This document shows, piece after piece, positions 20,186 to 30,824 of a DNA stretch of 43,736 nt; the first letter of the stretch is position 1, and each line of letters begins with the position of its first letter. Below the pieces are notes generated by a model. It made no database searches. It was not told the DNA's origin and worked only from the letters and a program-made list of their open reading frames with translations. Source of the DNA: Craspedostauros australis (taxonomy: Eukaryota); assembly GCA_030167865.1 (NCBI GenBank), contig JALAGF010002472.1, positions 1 through 43,736 of the forward strand, read 5' to 3'. The translations under genes were made by a program, and so were the position numbers.

Positions 20186-20722
20186 ATGTCACGTATAGGA
20201 AAGTTACCAATTACTATTCCTGCAAATGTTGATGTAACTTATGATACATCTAAAATTATAATTAAAGGAAAGTTTGGAACATTGCAAAAGGATTTACCTA
20301 ATACAATTAGTATTGAACAAAATGAAAAAAATTTAAAAATTAATTTATTAAAGCAAACAAAAGCTTTAAAAGCAATTCATGGGTTGTATCGAACATTAAT
20401 TAATAATATGATTATTGGGGTTTCTGAACAATTTCAATTAACATTAATTTTGAAAGGTGTAGGATATCGTGCAGCTATTCAAAGTAACGAAATTATTTTA
20501 AATTTAGGTTATAGTCACCCTGTTAAAATTAAAATTCCAGAAACTGTATCTGTAGAAATTGTTAAAAATACAACAATTAATCTAACATCATGTGATAAAG
20601 AATTATTAGGATTATTTGCAGCTAATATTCGTGCTTGGCGTCAGCCTGAACCTTATAAAGGAAAAGGTATTTTATATAAAAATGAACAAATTATTCGTAA
20701 AGCTGGGAAATCTGGAAAATAA
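20186..20722 (+). CDS. rpl6: 50S ribosomal protein L6
   Basis: MSRIGKLPI; PEPYKGKGI. Confidence 0.99.
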   Translation: MSRIGKLPITIPANVDVTYDTSKIIIKGKFGTLQKDLPNTISIEQNEKNLKINLLKQTKALKAIHGLYRTLINNMIIGVSEQFQLTLILKGVGYRAAIQSNEIILNLGYSHPVKIKIPETVSVEIVKNTTINLTSCDKELLGLFAANIRAWRQPEPYKGKGILYKNEQIIRKAGKSGK

Positions 20723-20827
20723 GTTTCTTTTTAAATCATAAAACTTTACGTCATAAGAATTAGATTTTTTCTTCTTAACCTTACATTCAAAGGTTTTTAT
20801 ATTTTTTTAAATTATAACATTTATCTG

Positions 20828-21235
20828 ATGAAATTTTCAAAACAAACGCTATTAAAACTTAAAAGTAAAAATAAAAAATTAAAACCAAATAAATATAAAA
20901 AATTAAAACGTGAAGCCTTAAGGGGTAATGTAAAAGGTACATTAGCTCGACCTCGTTTATCTATATATCGCTCAAATCAAAATATTTATGCTCAATTAAT
21001 TGATGATACTAATTCTCAAACTTTACTTTCTTGTTCAACTTTAGATCGAGCAATTAAACTAACTTTTCCCATTGGTCGAACTTGTAATGCTTCGAATGTA
21101 ATGGGACAAAAATTAGCTGAATTAAGTTTAAAACAAAATATTACAAAGATTGTTTTTGACCGTGGTCCATACCTATATCATGGTCGAATAAAAGCATTAG
21201 CAGACGGTGTAAGAGCAGGTGGCTTAAAATTTTAA
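20828..21235 (+). CDS. rpl18: 50S ribosomal protein L18
   Basis: [27 protein letters not shown]. Confidence 0.98.
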   Translation: MKFSKQTLLKLKSKNKKLKPNKYKKLKREALRGNVKGTLARPRLSIYRSNQNIYAQLIDDTNSQTLLSCSTLDRAIKLTFPIGRTCNASNVMGQKLAELSLKQNITKIVFDRGPYLYHGRIKALADGVRAGGLKF

Positions 21236-21276
21236 ATTATAATTTGCAAATGAATCGATAAATTAATATAAAGATT

Positions 21277-21816
21277 ATGAATAGTGATTTAAAGAAAATA
21301 AATAAATTAAAAAAACGTTCTCGTCGAAGCAATTCTATCCAAGAGCCTAAATTAGTAGAACGATTAATTAAAATTAGTCGAGTGACTAAGGTAACTAAAG
21401 GTGGTAAAAAATTAAGTTTTCGTGCTATTGTCGTCATTGGGGATGAAAAAGGAAAAGTCGGTGTTGGTGTAGCTAAAGCTGATGATGTTGTTAACGCATT
21501 TAAAAAAGCTAAAACGGAAGGAAGAAAAAACTTAATTAAACTTCCGTTAACTAAAGCTTTGAGTATTCCTCATCATGTTAGTGGTAACTTTGGAGCCTGT
21601 AAAGTCATTATGCGACCTTCTATTGAAGGTTCAGGTGTAATTGCTGGTGGCGCAGTTCGGATTGTTTTAGAAGTAGCAGGCGTTAAAAATGTTATTGCAA
21701 AACAGTTAGGTTCTAATAATTTATTAAATAATGCTCGTGCCTCAATTTGTGCTTTAGAAAATTTAACAACAAAATCTCAAGTATTACAAAAGCGTGATAT
21801 TAAAGTAGAACAATAA
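21277..21816 (+). CDS. rps5: 30S ribosomal protein S5
   Basis: [23 protein letters not shown]. Confidence 0.98.
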   Translation: MNSDLKKINKLKKRSRRSNSIQEPKLVERLIKISRVTKVTKGGKKLSFRAIVVIGDEKGKVGVGVAKADDVVNAFKKAKTEGRKNLIKLPLTKALSIPHHVSGNFGACKVIMRPSIEGSGVIAGGAVRIVLEVAGVKNVIAKQLGSNNLLNNARASICALENLTTKSQVLQKRDIKVEQ

Positions 21817-21839
21817 AGTACATTTTTTTAAATTTAACT

Positions 21840-23066
21840 ATGCAGATTAATAAAAAATTTCAAAAAGCTTTACTAAAGCAAATTTTATTTAGTATCGGTG
21901 TTTTATTCTTAATTCGCTTTGGAACTTTCTTACCTGTTCCTGGAATAAATCATAATGATCTAGCATTTTATATTCAACGGCATTCAACAACCAAAAGTTT
22001 GATCAGTACATTTTCTGGTGATAATACGTGTATAATTGGTGTATTTACATTAAATATTTTTCCTTACATTAATGCGACTATTCTTGTTCAATTATTAGTA
22101 GGGTTTTCGCCAGCATTAGCGAGATTACAAAAAGAAGGAGAATATGAGAGCCAGCGTACTATAAATAAATTAACACGATTTTTCACCATAGGTTGGGCAC
22201 TAATTCAAAGTATAAGTATAAGTCTTTATTTAAAACAAATTTTATTTGATTGGAATTATATTTTAGGGTTTGAAATTGTTATTTGGTTAACAACAGGATC
22301 AATGATTGTTCTGTGGTTGAGTGAAACAATAACGGACTATGGATTGGGAAATGGAACATCCTTATTAATTTATACGAATATTATTTCTAATTTTCCAACT
22401 TTATACAAGAAAATTGTTAGTGAAAGTAATCAAGGTTTTAGTTATCAGTCTACTTTAGCCATTATTTTAGTAGTTTTTACATCTTTATATGGAATTATTT
22501 TTTTACAGCGAGGAACTAGAAAAATTCCATTAATTTCATCAAAACAGTTAACTCGGGGTTCTATTCAAGATCTACAAAATTACTATTTACCACTACGTTT
22601 TAATCAAGCAGGAGTAATGCCAATTATTTTGAGTACTGCTTTTTTAGTCATACCGAATTATATTATTAACTTAGGCATTTTTCCCTGGTTAAATTTTTTA
22701 TCCTCGTTTAAAATCCTTTATTGGGTTGGTTATTTTGGATTAATTTTACTTTCAAGCGTATTTTACTCTGCACTTGTTATAAAACCAAAAGATCTTGCGG
22801 ATCAACTTCAAAAAATGGCTGTTACAATACCAGGTATTAGACCTGGGACCCAAACAATTTTTTATTTACAACGAGTGATTAAAAGAGTAACCTTAATAGG
22901 AGCAACGATGCTTGCCACAATTACAATAATACCAAATTTCATAGAAGCAACTTTTAATATTACCGGTTTAAATGGTTTAAGTACAACTTCATTATTAATA
23001 TTAGCAGGTGTTGTTTTAGATTTAGTTCGTGAAATTGAAAATATCTATTATTCTACTGTTTATTAA
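21840..23066 (+). CDS. secY: Preprotein translocase SecY
   Basis: LNIFPYINATI, GLGNGTSLLI, NQAGVMPII, IPGIRPG. Confidence 0.98.
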   Translation: MQINKKFQKALLKQILFSIGVLFLIRFGTFLPVPGINHNDLAFYIQRHSTTKSLISTFSGDNTCIIGVFTLNIFPYINATILVQLLVGFSPALARLQKEGEYESQRTINKLTRFFTIGWALIQSISISLYLKQILFDWNYILGFEIVIWLTTGSMIVLWLSETITDYGLGNGTSLLIYTNIISNFPTLYKKIVSESNQGFSYQSTLAIILVVFTSLYGIIFLQRGTRKIPLISSKQLTRGSIQDLQNYYLPLRFNQAGVMPIILSTAFLVIPNYIINLGIFPWLNFLSSFKILYWVGYFGLILLSSVFYSALVIKPKDLADQLQKMAVTIPGIRPGTQTIFYLQRVIKRVTLIGATMLATITIIPNFIEATFNITGLNGLSTTSLLILAGVVLDLVREIENIYYSTVY

Positions 23067-23101
23067 GATATATAAAAGTAAAAATATTATAAAGTTTAGC
23101 A

Positions 23102-23215
23102 ATGAAAGTTCGTCCTTCAGTAAAAAAAATGTGTGATAAGTGTCGAGTTATAAAACGACATGGAAAAATTATGGTAATTTGTAAAAATCCAAAACATAAA
23201 CAACGTCAAGGATAA
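23102..23215 (+). CDS. rpl36: 50S ribosomal protein L36
   Basis: Manual translation [37 protein letters not shown]. Confidence 0.98.
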   Translation: MKVRPSVKKMCDKCRVIKRHGKIMVICKNPKHKQRQG

Positions 23216-23229
23216 AAGGAGGTTCAAAA

Positions 23230-23601
23230 ATGGTTCGATTAGTTGGTGTTGATTTGCCAAGAAATAAAAAAATTACATATGCTCTTACTTATATTCATGG
23301 AATTGGTATTACCTTAGCAAAAAATATAGTTCAAATGGCAAATCTTGATCCTAATATAAGGGTAAATGATTTAACAACTCAACAAAGTGTTGCTTTACGC
23401 CAAACTTTGGAAGAAAATGATTTAAAATTAGAGGGTGATTTAAGACGTTTTAATGGTTTAAATATTAAACGATTAAATGAAATTAATTGTCATCGTGGTA
23501 AAAGACATCGAAATAATTTACCCGTTCGGGGTCAACGAACTAGAACAAACGCGCGTTCACGACGTGGGTCAAAAAAAACTGTGACAAGTAAGAAAAAATA
23601 A
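23230..23601 (+). CDS. rps13: 30S ribosomal protein S13
   Basis: LPVRGQRTRTNAR; AGGAGG SD. Confidence 0.99.
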   Translation: MVRLVGVDLPRNKKITYALTYIHGIGITLAKNIVQMANLDPNIRVNDLTTQQSVALRQTLEENDLKLEGDLRRFNGLNIKRLNEINCHRGKRHRNNLPVRGQRTRTNARSRRGSKKTVTSKKK

Positions 23602-23641
23602 ACTTATTTGTCCAAGTATCAGATTTATTTGAGATATTTAT

Positions 23642-24028
23642 ATGTATATGGCAAAAACAATAATTAAAAGAGACAAGAATAATTTTACAAGTGGTATAGT
23701 TCATATTCAATCAACATTTAATAATACTATTGTAACCATTACAAATCTAAAAGGTGATACTATTGCTTGGGCTTCAGCAGGTAGCGCTGGTTTTAAAGGT
23801 GCACGAAAAAGTACTCCCTTTGCGGCACAAACTGCTGCTGAAAAAGCAGCTTTAGATGCCTTGAGTACTGGAATGAAAAATGTTGAAATCTTTATTAAGG
23901 GCCAAGGTTCGGGCCGAGAAACGGCTATTCGTGCCATTGAAGGAGTAGGATTTAATATTTTAACAATTCAAGATTTAACATCGGTAGCTCATAATGGCTG
24001 TCGACCTCCAAAAAAGCGACGTGTTTAA
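23642..24028 (+). CDS. rps11: 30S ribosomal protein S11 (start may be 23648)
   Basis: [21 protein letters not shown]. Confidence 0.98.
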   Translation: MYMAKTIIKRDKNNFTSGIVHIQSTFNNTIVTITNLKGDTIAWASAGSAGFKGARKSTPFAAQTAAEKAALDALSTGMKNVEIFIKGQGSGRETAIRAIEGVGFNILTIQDLTSVAHNGCRPPKKRRV

Positions 24029-24061
24029 CATTTTTCTTTTTATTTTTAATAAATTTAAAAT

Positions 24062-24997
24062 ATGAATAATATTTCTATTAATTGTCTTAAATCAGAAAAA
24101 ATTAAAGATGGCGCATGTCATGGACAATTTCTTATTAATAATTTACCAGCTGGACAAGGAATAACTATTGGTAATCAATTGCGAAGAGTCTTACTAAATG
24201 ACTTAGGTGGTAGCGCAATTTCGGCAATAAGAATTGCCGGAATTAGTCATGAATTTTCTACTATTCCGGGAGTTCGTGAAGATATTCTTGAAATTCTTTT
24301 AAATTTAAAAGGAATTGTTCTTAAATCATCAGTAAAAGATGTTCAATTTAGTCGTCTAAAAATTCAAGGCCCTGCGGTTATTACTGCAGGTTTACTTGAA
24401 GTACCTGAAAGTTTAGAAATTATAAATTCAAATCATTATATCGCGACAATAACTACAGCTAATATTTTTGAAATTGAACTTAAAATTGAATATGGCAAGG
24501 GATATAAATTAACTTCACAAGCACTTTTAGATGAAGATGAAAGTTTTTTACGTTTAGATACAGTTTTTATGCCTGTTCAAAAAGTAGATTTTAAAGTAGA
24601 AATTAGTTACGATAACCTTAATAATGTAAAGGAACAATTATTTCTTGATATTTGGACAGACGGAAGTATTTTACCAAGTGAAGCACTTGACAGAGGTGGG
24701 CAAATTATTATTGATTTATTTACATTATTAATTAATAATAAAAATATACTCGAAGAGGGGACATTAGAGATATCACCTTCTTCTGCTACAATTCAACCTT
24801 ACACAAATATTGCGATTGAAGAATTACAATTATCAGTTCGCGCTTATAATTGTTTAAAAAAGGCTAAAATTAATACAGTAGGAGATTTATTACAATATTC
24901 GCCAGAAAAATTACAAAAATTAAAAAATTTTGGTCAAAAATCTGCAAATGAAGTTTTTTCTACTTTAAAAACTAAATTAGGAATTATTTTAAAATAA
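24062..24997 (+). CDS. rpoA: RNA polymerase alpha subunit
   Basis: GITIGNQLRRVLL; HEFSTIPGVRED; LSVRAYNCL. Confidence 0.98.
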   Translation: MNNISINCLKSEKIKDGACHGQFLINNLPAGQGITIGNQLRRVLLNDLGGSAISAIRIAGISHEFSTIPGVREDILEILLNLKGIVLKSSVKDVQFSRLKIQGPAVITAGLLEVPESLEIINSNHYIATITTANIFEIELKIEYGKGYKLTSQALLDEDESFLRLDTVFMPVQKVDFKVEISYDNLNNVKEQLFLDIWTDGSILPSEALDRGGQIIIDLFTLLINNKNILEEGTLEISPSSATIQPYTNIAIEELQLSVRAYNCLKKAKINTVGDLLQYSPEKLQKLKNFGQKSANEVFSTLKTKLGIILK

Positions 24998-25036
24998 AGA
25001 AGTTTATAACATCTATTTCAAATTTAAATACAAATT

Positions 25037-25501
25037 ATGAATTCATTAAATAAAACATTTTTACCTACTCAAGATTATAAAAATCGAAATTGGTTTCTTA
25101 TTGATTGTAAAGGTCAAACTTTAGGTCGACTGGCAAGTGTCATTAGTGTAATTTTAAAAGGTAAAATTAAGCCTCACTACACTCCATCAATTGATATTGG
25201 GGATCATATTATTTTGATTAATGCGGATGCTATTATCTTAAATGAAAGTAGTCAACATTATTTAGTTTATAATCCAGGACGTCCTGGACATTCTTTAAAA
25301 GTTCGAAATGTCGTCGATTGTTTACCAACATTAACGATAAGAAAAGCTGTAAAAGGCATGTTAGCTAGGACAGAGACAAAAAAGTTCATGCGTCGATTAA
25401 CTATTTATAATGGAAATAATCATCCTCATCAAGCACAAAAGCCAATAAAAATTGAGCTTTCAACTTTTCATTCAAGTCTTAAATTATCTGCTCAGAATTA
25501 A
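25037..25501 (+). CDS. rpl13: 50S ribosomal protein L13
   Basis: WFLIDCKGQTLGRLAS; HPHQAQKP. Confidence 0.98.
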   Translation: MNSLNKTFLPTQDYKNRNWFLIDCKGQTLGRLASVISVILKGKIKPHYTPSIDIGDHIILINADAIILNESSQHYLVYNPGRPGHSLKVRNVVDCLPTLTIRKAVKGMLARTETKKFMRRLTIYNGNNHPHQAQKPIKIELSTFHSSLKLSAQN

Positions 25502-25547
25502 AATTCAAGTAAGTTATTAAATAAAAAAAATAATCAGCATTAGAATT

Positions 25548-25955
25548 ATGAATGAATTAACTTTTCGAAAAGAAAGTATTGGACTCGGAAAAAGGAAACA
25601 GGCTATCGCACGTGTTTTCATTATCCCAGGTGATGGTAAATTAATTATCAATAATCTTATCGGTCAACAATATTTACAGTATAACGAAACTTATTTAAAT
25701 TTAATTTGGTCACCTTTAGAAAAATTAAACTTACAACATCAGTTTAATATAATAGTAAGTGTTAAAGGTGGAGGTTTAACAGGCCAAACAGAAGCAATTC
25801 AATTAGGTGTTGCTAGACAACTTTGTAAACTTGATTCAAGGAATCGCACTATTTTAAAACCATTAGGTTTTTTAACACGTGATGCTAGAATTAAAGAGCG
25901 TAAAAAATACGGTTTACGTAAAGCACGAAAAGCTCCCCAATATTCAAAACGTTAA
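25548..25955 (+). CDS. rps9: 30S ribosomal protein S9
   Basis: ERKKYGLRKARKAPQYSKR. Confidence 0.99.
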   Translation: MNELTFRKESIGLGKRKQAIARVFIIPGDGKLIINNLIGQQYLQYNETYLNLIWSPLEKLNLQHQFNIIVSVKGGGLTGQTEAIQLGVARQLCKLDSRNRTILKPLGFLTRDARIKERKKYGLRKARKAPQYSKR

Positions 25956-25978
25956 TTTATTAAAATTAGAAAACAATT

Positions 25979-26197
25979 ATGCCAAAACTTGATATACATC
26001 CTAATTGGTTCAAAAATACAAAAATTGTATGTGATGGAAAACCTTTGTGTGTTACTGGTTCTACGAAACCTGAATTACAAATTGATATTTGGTTAGCTAA
26101 TCATCCATTTTATACAAAATCTCAGGTTCTCATAGATAGCGAAGGCCGAGTGGAGAGATTTATGAAAAAGTATGGATTAGAATTCACTGATCAATAA
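25979..26197 (+). CDS. rpl31: 50S ribosomal protein L31
   Basis: [24 protein letters not shown]. Confidence 0.97.
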   Translation: MPKLDIHPNWFKNTKIVCDGKPLCVTGSTKPELQIDIWLANHPFYTKSQVLIDSEGRVERFMKKYGLEFTDQ

Positions 26198-26225
26198 GTT
26201 AAAAATTTATTTCATTATAAACATT

Positions 26226-26600
26226 ATGCCAACTATTCAACAATTAGTTCGTTCAAGACGAATACAAATTATAAAAAAGACAAAATCACCTGCTTTAGTT
26301 AATTGCCCTCAACGTCGAGGGGTATGTACTCGAGTTTATACTACAACACCAAAAAAACCAAATTCAGCCATAAGAAAAGTTGCTCGTGTTAGGTTAACCT
26401 CAGGATTTGAAGTTACAGCCTATATTCCTGGAATTGGACACAATCTTCAAGAACATTCTGTTGTATTGATTAGAGGAGGCCGAGTTAAAGATCTTCCAGG
26501 TGTAAGATACCATATTGTTCGTGGTGCTCTTGATACTGGAGGTGTTAAAGATCGAACACAAAGTCGATCAAAATATGGTGTCAAAAAACCAAAAAGTTAA
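26226..26600 (+). CDS. rps12: 30S ribosomal protein S12
   Basis: [21 protein letters not shown]. Confidence 0.99.
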   Translation: MPTIQQLVRSRRIQIIKKTKSPALVNCPQRRGVCTRVYTTTPKKPNSAIRKVARVRLTSGFEVTAYIPGIGHNLQEHSVVLIRGGRVKDLPGVRYHIVRGALDTGGVKDRTQSRSKYGVKKPKS

Positions 26601-26656
26601 TCGTTCCTAGTGAACTATCCTTTTGATTAATTTATACAGATCTATTCATTTATATT

Positions 26657-27127
26657 ATGTCACGTCGAAATATTTCAAAAAAACGTTTCCCACAACCAGA
26701 TTCTATTTATAATAGCTATTTAGTTAGCTTACTTATTTCACGAATTTTAAAATCTGGAAAAAAGACTATTGCAAAAACTGTTGTTTATCAAGCTTTTGAA
26801 ATTATTAAACAAAAAACTAACGAAGACCCATTACATATTTTTGAAAAAGCTATTCGAAATGCTAGCCCTATTGTAGAAGTTAAAGCACGTCGGGTAGGTG
26901 GATCTACGTATCAAGTTCCTATTGAAGTTAGCGGTTTTCGAGCAACAAATTTATCATTACGGTGGATTATTCATTATTCCAAACAACGTGTAGGTCGCAG
27001 TATGGCAATTAAATTAGCTAATGAAATTATTGATACGGCAAATAGTATCGGTAACACTGTAAAGAAAAAGGATGAAACTCATAAAATGGCTGAAGCAAAT
27101 AAAGCTTTTGCACATTTCAGATATTAA
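26657..27127 (+). CDS. rps7: 30S ribosomal protein S7
   Basis: [24 protein letters not shown]. Confidence 0.99.
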   Translation: MSRRNISKKRFPQPDSIYNSYLVSLLISRILKSGKKTIAKTVVYQAFEIIKQKTNEDPLHIFEKAIRNASPIVEVKARRVGGSTYQVPIEVSGFRATNLSLRWIIHYSKQRVGRSMAIKLANEIIDTANSIGNTVKKKDETHKMAEANKAFAHFRY

Positions 27128-27201
27128 TTTTACAGTTCATGGAGTCTCTCGCTAAAAGTTTGAAGTTAAATTAAAAGTAAAAAAATTACGAGGAAGTTAT
27201 A

Positions 27202-28431
27202 ATGGCACGTGAAAAATTTGAACGTACAAAACCACATGTTAATATTGGAACAATTGGTCATGTTGACCATGGAAAAACAACTTTAACTGCAGCAATAACA
27301 GCTACTTTAGCATTAGATGGTAATTGTGAGGTAAAAGATTATTCAGACATTGATGGAGCACCTGAAGAGCGTGCTCGTGGAATTACTATTAATACTGCTC
27401 ATGTTGAATATGAAACAGATAATCGTCATTACGCTCATGTGGATTGCCCTGGTCACGCAGATTATGTGAAAAATATGATTACTGGAGCTGCACAAATGGA
27501 CGGTGCAATATTAGTAGTTTCGGCCGCCGATGGTCCAATGCCACAAACGCGTGAACATATTTTATTATCGAAACAAGTAGGTGTACCTGATATTGTTGTT
27601 TTTTTAAATAAAGAAGATCAAGTTGATGATGAAGAATTATTAGAATTAGTAGAGCTAGAAGTTCGAGAATTATTATCAGCTTATGATTTTCCAGGAGATG
27701 ATATTCCAATTTGTCCAGGATCAGCTCTACAAGCTATTGAAGCAATTACCTCAAATCCTACTTTAAAACGTGGTGGAAATCCTTGGGTTGATAAAATTTT
27801 CGCTTTAATGGATGCTGTTGATGAATATATTCCAACACCTGAACGTGACACAGAGAAAACATTTTTAATGGCTATTGAAGATGTATTTTCTATTACTGGC
27901 CGAGGAACTGTAGCCACTGGACGAATTGAACGTGGGATTGTTAAAGTTGGAGATACTGTAGAAATTGTTGGTATTGAGGATACACAAAGTACTACAATTA
28001 CAGGAATTGAAATGTTCCAAAAAACTCTTGATGAAGGATTTGCTGGTGATAATGTTGGTATTTTATTACGTGGAGTTACTCGTGAAGATATTGAACGGGG
28101 AATGGTATTAGCTCAACCTGGCACAATTACTCCACATACAAGTTTTGAATCAGAAGTATATGTTTTAACAAAAGATGAAGGGGGTCGTCATACACCATTC
28201 TTTACGGGCTACCGTCCGCAATTTTATGTTCGAACTACTGATGTAACGGGTGCAATTACACAGTTTACTGCTGATGATGGAACAATTGTTGAAATGGTAA
28301 TGCCAGGTGATCGTATTAAAATGACAGCAGAGTTAATTTATCCTGTTGCTATTGAGGACGGAATGCGTTTTGCTATTCGTGAAGGTGGGCGAACTATTGG
28401 AGCTGGTGTAGTTTCAAAAATTGTTAAATAA
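27202..28431 (+). CDS. tufA: Elongation factor Tu
   Basis: [20 protein letters not shown]. Confidence 0.99.
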   Translation: MAREKFERTKPHVNIGTIGHVDHGKTTLTAAITATLALDGNCEVKDYSDIDGAPEERARGITINTAHVEYETDNRHYAHVDCPGHADYVKNMITGAAQMDGAILVVSAADGPMPQTREHILLSKQVGVPDIVVFLNKEDQVDDEELLELVELEVRELLSAYDFPGDDIPICPGSALQAIEAITSNPTLKRGGNPWVDKIFALMDAVDEYIPTPERDTEKTFLMAIEDVFSITGRGTVATGRIERGIVKVGDTVEIVGIEDTQSTTITGIEMFQKTLDEGFAGDNVGILLRGVTREDIERGMVLAQPGTITPHTSFESEVYVLTKDEGGRHTPFFTGYRPQFYVRTTDVTGAITQFTADDGTIVEMVMPGDRIKMTAELIYPVAIEDGMRFAIREGGRTIGAGVVSKIVK

Positions 28432-28444
28432 TTAAAAAAACATT

Positions 28445-28768
28445 ATGGATATCGTCACAAATTCAAAGATTCGTATAAGATTAGAATCATTTAATCATGA
28501 GTTAGTAGTTTCTTCATGTCAAAAAATTCTCAACAAATTTCAAATTACAGCTTTAAGTTCAGTTGATATGGTTACTTTACCAACAACAAAACGAATTTAT
28601 TGTGTTCTACGGTCACCGCACGTGAATAAAGATTCACGTGAACATTTTGAAATTCGAATTCATAAGCGAATTTTAGAAATTTATTATAATTCTGAAGTTC
28701 CAATTTTCGATTTATTATCTGAAACAGATTTACCACCTGGAATTTTTTATCGTATCTGTTTATCATAA
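28445..28768 (+). CDS. rps10: 30S ribosomal protein S10
   Basis: KIRIRLESF; VLRSPHVNKDSREHFE. Confidence 0.97.
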   Translation: MDIVTNSKIRIRLESFNHELVVSSCQKILNKFQITALSSVDMVTLPTTKRIYCVLRSPHVNKDSREHFEIRIHKRILEIYYNSEVPIFDLLSETDLPPGIFYRICLS

Positions 28769-28791
28769 AAATTATATAGGTTTAAGTCTTT

Positions 28792-28838
28792 AAAAAGTCA
28801 AATAAAATTTATTACATATAAATTTTATTTGACTTTTT
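28792..28838 (+). terminator. Terminator hairpin after the ribosomal protein cluster
   Basis: AAAAAGTCAAATAAAATTT-9 nt-AAATTTTATTTGACTTTTT. Confidence 0.75.
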
Positions 28839-28893
28839 CTTTCATTTACTATAGTATAAATTAAATTTTATATTCAAAAATTAAATAATAATA

Positions 28894-29061
28894 ATGGCGG
28901 TACCTAAGAAACGAACATCAAAAGCTAAAAAAAGAGCTAGAAAAGCAAACTGGAAAAGAAAAGCTTACTATGCATCTCGTAAATCTTTATCTTTAGCTAA
29001 GTCTATGTTGAGAGGAAAAACTACAAGTTTCGTCTATAGTGTTTATATCGACGAAGATTAG
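28894..29061 (+). CDS. rpl32: 50S ribosomal protein L32
   Basis: Manual translation [24 protein letters not shown]...SLAKS (55 aa). Confidence 0.97.
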   Translation: MAVPKKRTSKAKKRARKANWKRKAYYASRKSLSLAKSMLRGKTTSFVYSVYIDED

Positions 29062-29107
29062 ATCTTTAATTAAAAATTTATCAAAAAGATAAATTTTTAC
29101 AAATTTA

Positions 29108-29189
29108 ACGGATGTGGCGGAATTGGTAGACGCGCTAGTTTTAGACTCTAGTAACCTTTGTTGTGAGAGTTCAAATCTCTCCATCCGTA
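29108..29189 (+). tRNA. trnL: tRNA-Leu (UAG)
   Basis: Acceptor ACGGATG/CATCCGT; anticodon arm CTAGT-TTTAGAC-TCTAG; long variable arm. Confidence 0.93.
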
Positions 29190-29193
29190 GTTC

Positions 29194-30159
29194 ATGGATA
29201 AAAATTTAGATAATCAAAATAAAATGTTACCGTTCACATTACAACAACTTAGAATTTTAAAAGCGATTGCAACGGAAAAAAATTTTACAAAAGCGGCGGA
29301 TTTATTATATATCTCACAACCATCATTAAGTAAGCAAATTAAAATTTTAGAACAAAATTTAGATCTTATATTAATTAATCGAGAAAAAAATAGTCTGTCA
29401 TTAACAGACGATGGGAAAATATTAGTTCAATATTCTGAAAGAATATTAGCCTTATGTGAAGAAAGTTGCCGAGCTCTAATTGACTTAAAAAATGGAGAAC
29501 GAGGGAATTTAATAATTGGTGCAAGTCAAACTATTGGAACTTATTTAATGCCTAAAATAATTGCTTTATTTGCTCAGAATTTCCCCCAAATTAATTTAAA
29601 AGTTCAAGTTAATTCTACACGTCTAATTGCTAAAAGTATAATAGATCGAGAAATTGATATTGCAGTAGTTGGAGGTGATATATCAAATGAATTCGAGAAA
29701 AATTTAAATATTGAACATTTTGTATACGATGAAATGAGTCTCATAATTTCAAAATATCACCCTTTCGCAGAACACAAAGTGATTAAAAAAGAAGATTTAT
29801 ATTGTTTAAATTTTATTACTTTAAATTATAACTCAACTATCAAAAAATTTATTGATAATATATTGCTTCAAAATCAAATTGATCCTCGACAGTTAAAAAT
29901 TATTTTGCAATTGAATTCAATTGAAGCTATTAAAACTGCGGTTAGTGTTGGATTAGGTGCTGCTTTTGTTTCTTCTTCTGCTATCGAAAAAGAAATTCAA
30001 CTTAAAACAATTGAAATTATTAAAATTGAAAATATAACAATTACAAGAAAATTGTCCATTATAAGTCATCCAGAAGCATATAAATCAAAAGCTTTTAGAT
30101 TTTTTTATGATGAACTAGTAAGGTTAAAAAAAAAAATAAGGAATTACTCAAATCCTTAA
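29194..30159 (+). CDS. rbcR: LysR-type Rubisco operon regulator (Ycf30)
   Basis: LPFTLQQLRI...FTKAADLLYISQPSLSKQIK LysR helix-turn-helix. Confidence 0.97.
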   Translation: MDKNLDNQNKMLPFTLQQLRILKAIATEKNFTKAADLLYISQPSLSKQIKILEQNLDLILINREKNSLSLTDDGKILVQYSERILALCEESCRALIDLKNGERGNLIIGASQTIGTYLMPKIIALFAQNFPQINLKVQVNSTRLIAKSIIDREIDIAVVGGDISNEFEKNLNIEHFVYDEMSLIISKYHPFAEHKVIKKEDLYCLNFITLNYNSTIKKFIDNILLQNQIDPRQLKIILQLNSIEAIKTAVSVGLGAAFVSSSAIEKEIQLKTIEIIKIENITITRKLSIISHPEAYKSKAFRFFYDELVRLKKKIRNYSNP

Positions 30160-30163
30160 GAAG

Positions 30164-30193
30164 TTGACGGTTTAAAAAATTTTTTAGTATCAT
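30164..30193 (+). promoter_or_regulatory. Sigma70-type promoter upstream of rpl21
   Basis: TTGACG-18 nt-TATCAT, 31 nt before the ATG; same architecture as at rps6. Confidence 0.55.
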
Positions 30194-30224
30194 ATAAATA
30201 AATAAAAATGAAACAATTTAAATT

Positions 30225-30542
30225 ATGAAGTATGCAATTGTTGAGATTAGTGGCAGGCAATTTTGGATTGAAACAGGGAAATATTATGATTTTAATCGAA
30301 TTGCAACCGAATTAGATAAACAAATCATTCTTACTAGAGTCTTATTAGTAAATGAAGATGATAATTTATTGATAGGAAAACCTTATGTACAAAATATAAA
30401 AGTGATAGGAAAAATTTTAGACCATTTTCGAGGCAAAAAAACAATTGTTTATAAAATGCGTCCAAAGAAAAAGACACGAAAAAAACAAGGGCACCGTCAG
30501 GAATTAACCCGAGTTTTAATTGAAGATATTATTATAAAATAA
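30225..30542 (+). CDS. rpl21: 50S ribosomal protein L21
   Basis: YAIVEISGRQF; KQGHRQELT. Confidence 0.98.
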   Translation: MKYAIVEISGRQFWIETGKYYDFNRIATELDKQIILTRVLLVNEDDNLLIGKPYVQNIKVIGKILDHFRGKKTIVYKMRPKKKTRKKQGHRQELTRVLIEDIIIK

Positions 30543-30557
30543 AAAAGATAACAAATT

Positions 30558-30806
30558 ATGGCACATAAAAAAGGAGCAGGTAGTACAAAAAATGGTCGTG
30601 ATTCAAATGCAAAGCGTTTAGGTGTAAAAAAATTTGGGGGTGAACAAGTTCGTGCAGGGAATATTTTAATTCGTCAGCGTGGAATGAAATTTAAGCCTGG
30701 TCCGAATGTTGGATGTGGCAAAGATTTTACATTATTTGCTTTAACAGATGGAACTGTCAAATTTGATTCTCAATATGGAAACCAAAAACGCGTAACTATT
30801 ATTTAA
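30558..30806 (+). CDS. rpl27: 50S ribosomal protein L27
   Basis: [16 protein letters not shown]. Confidence 0.99.
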   Translation: MAHKKGAGSTKNGRDSNAKRLGVKKFGGEQVRAGNILIRQRGMKFKPGPNVGCGKDFTLFALTDGTVKFDSQYGNQKRVTII

Positions 30807-30824
30807 AGTTAAATAAATTTTTCA

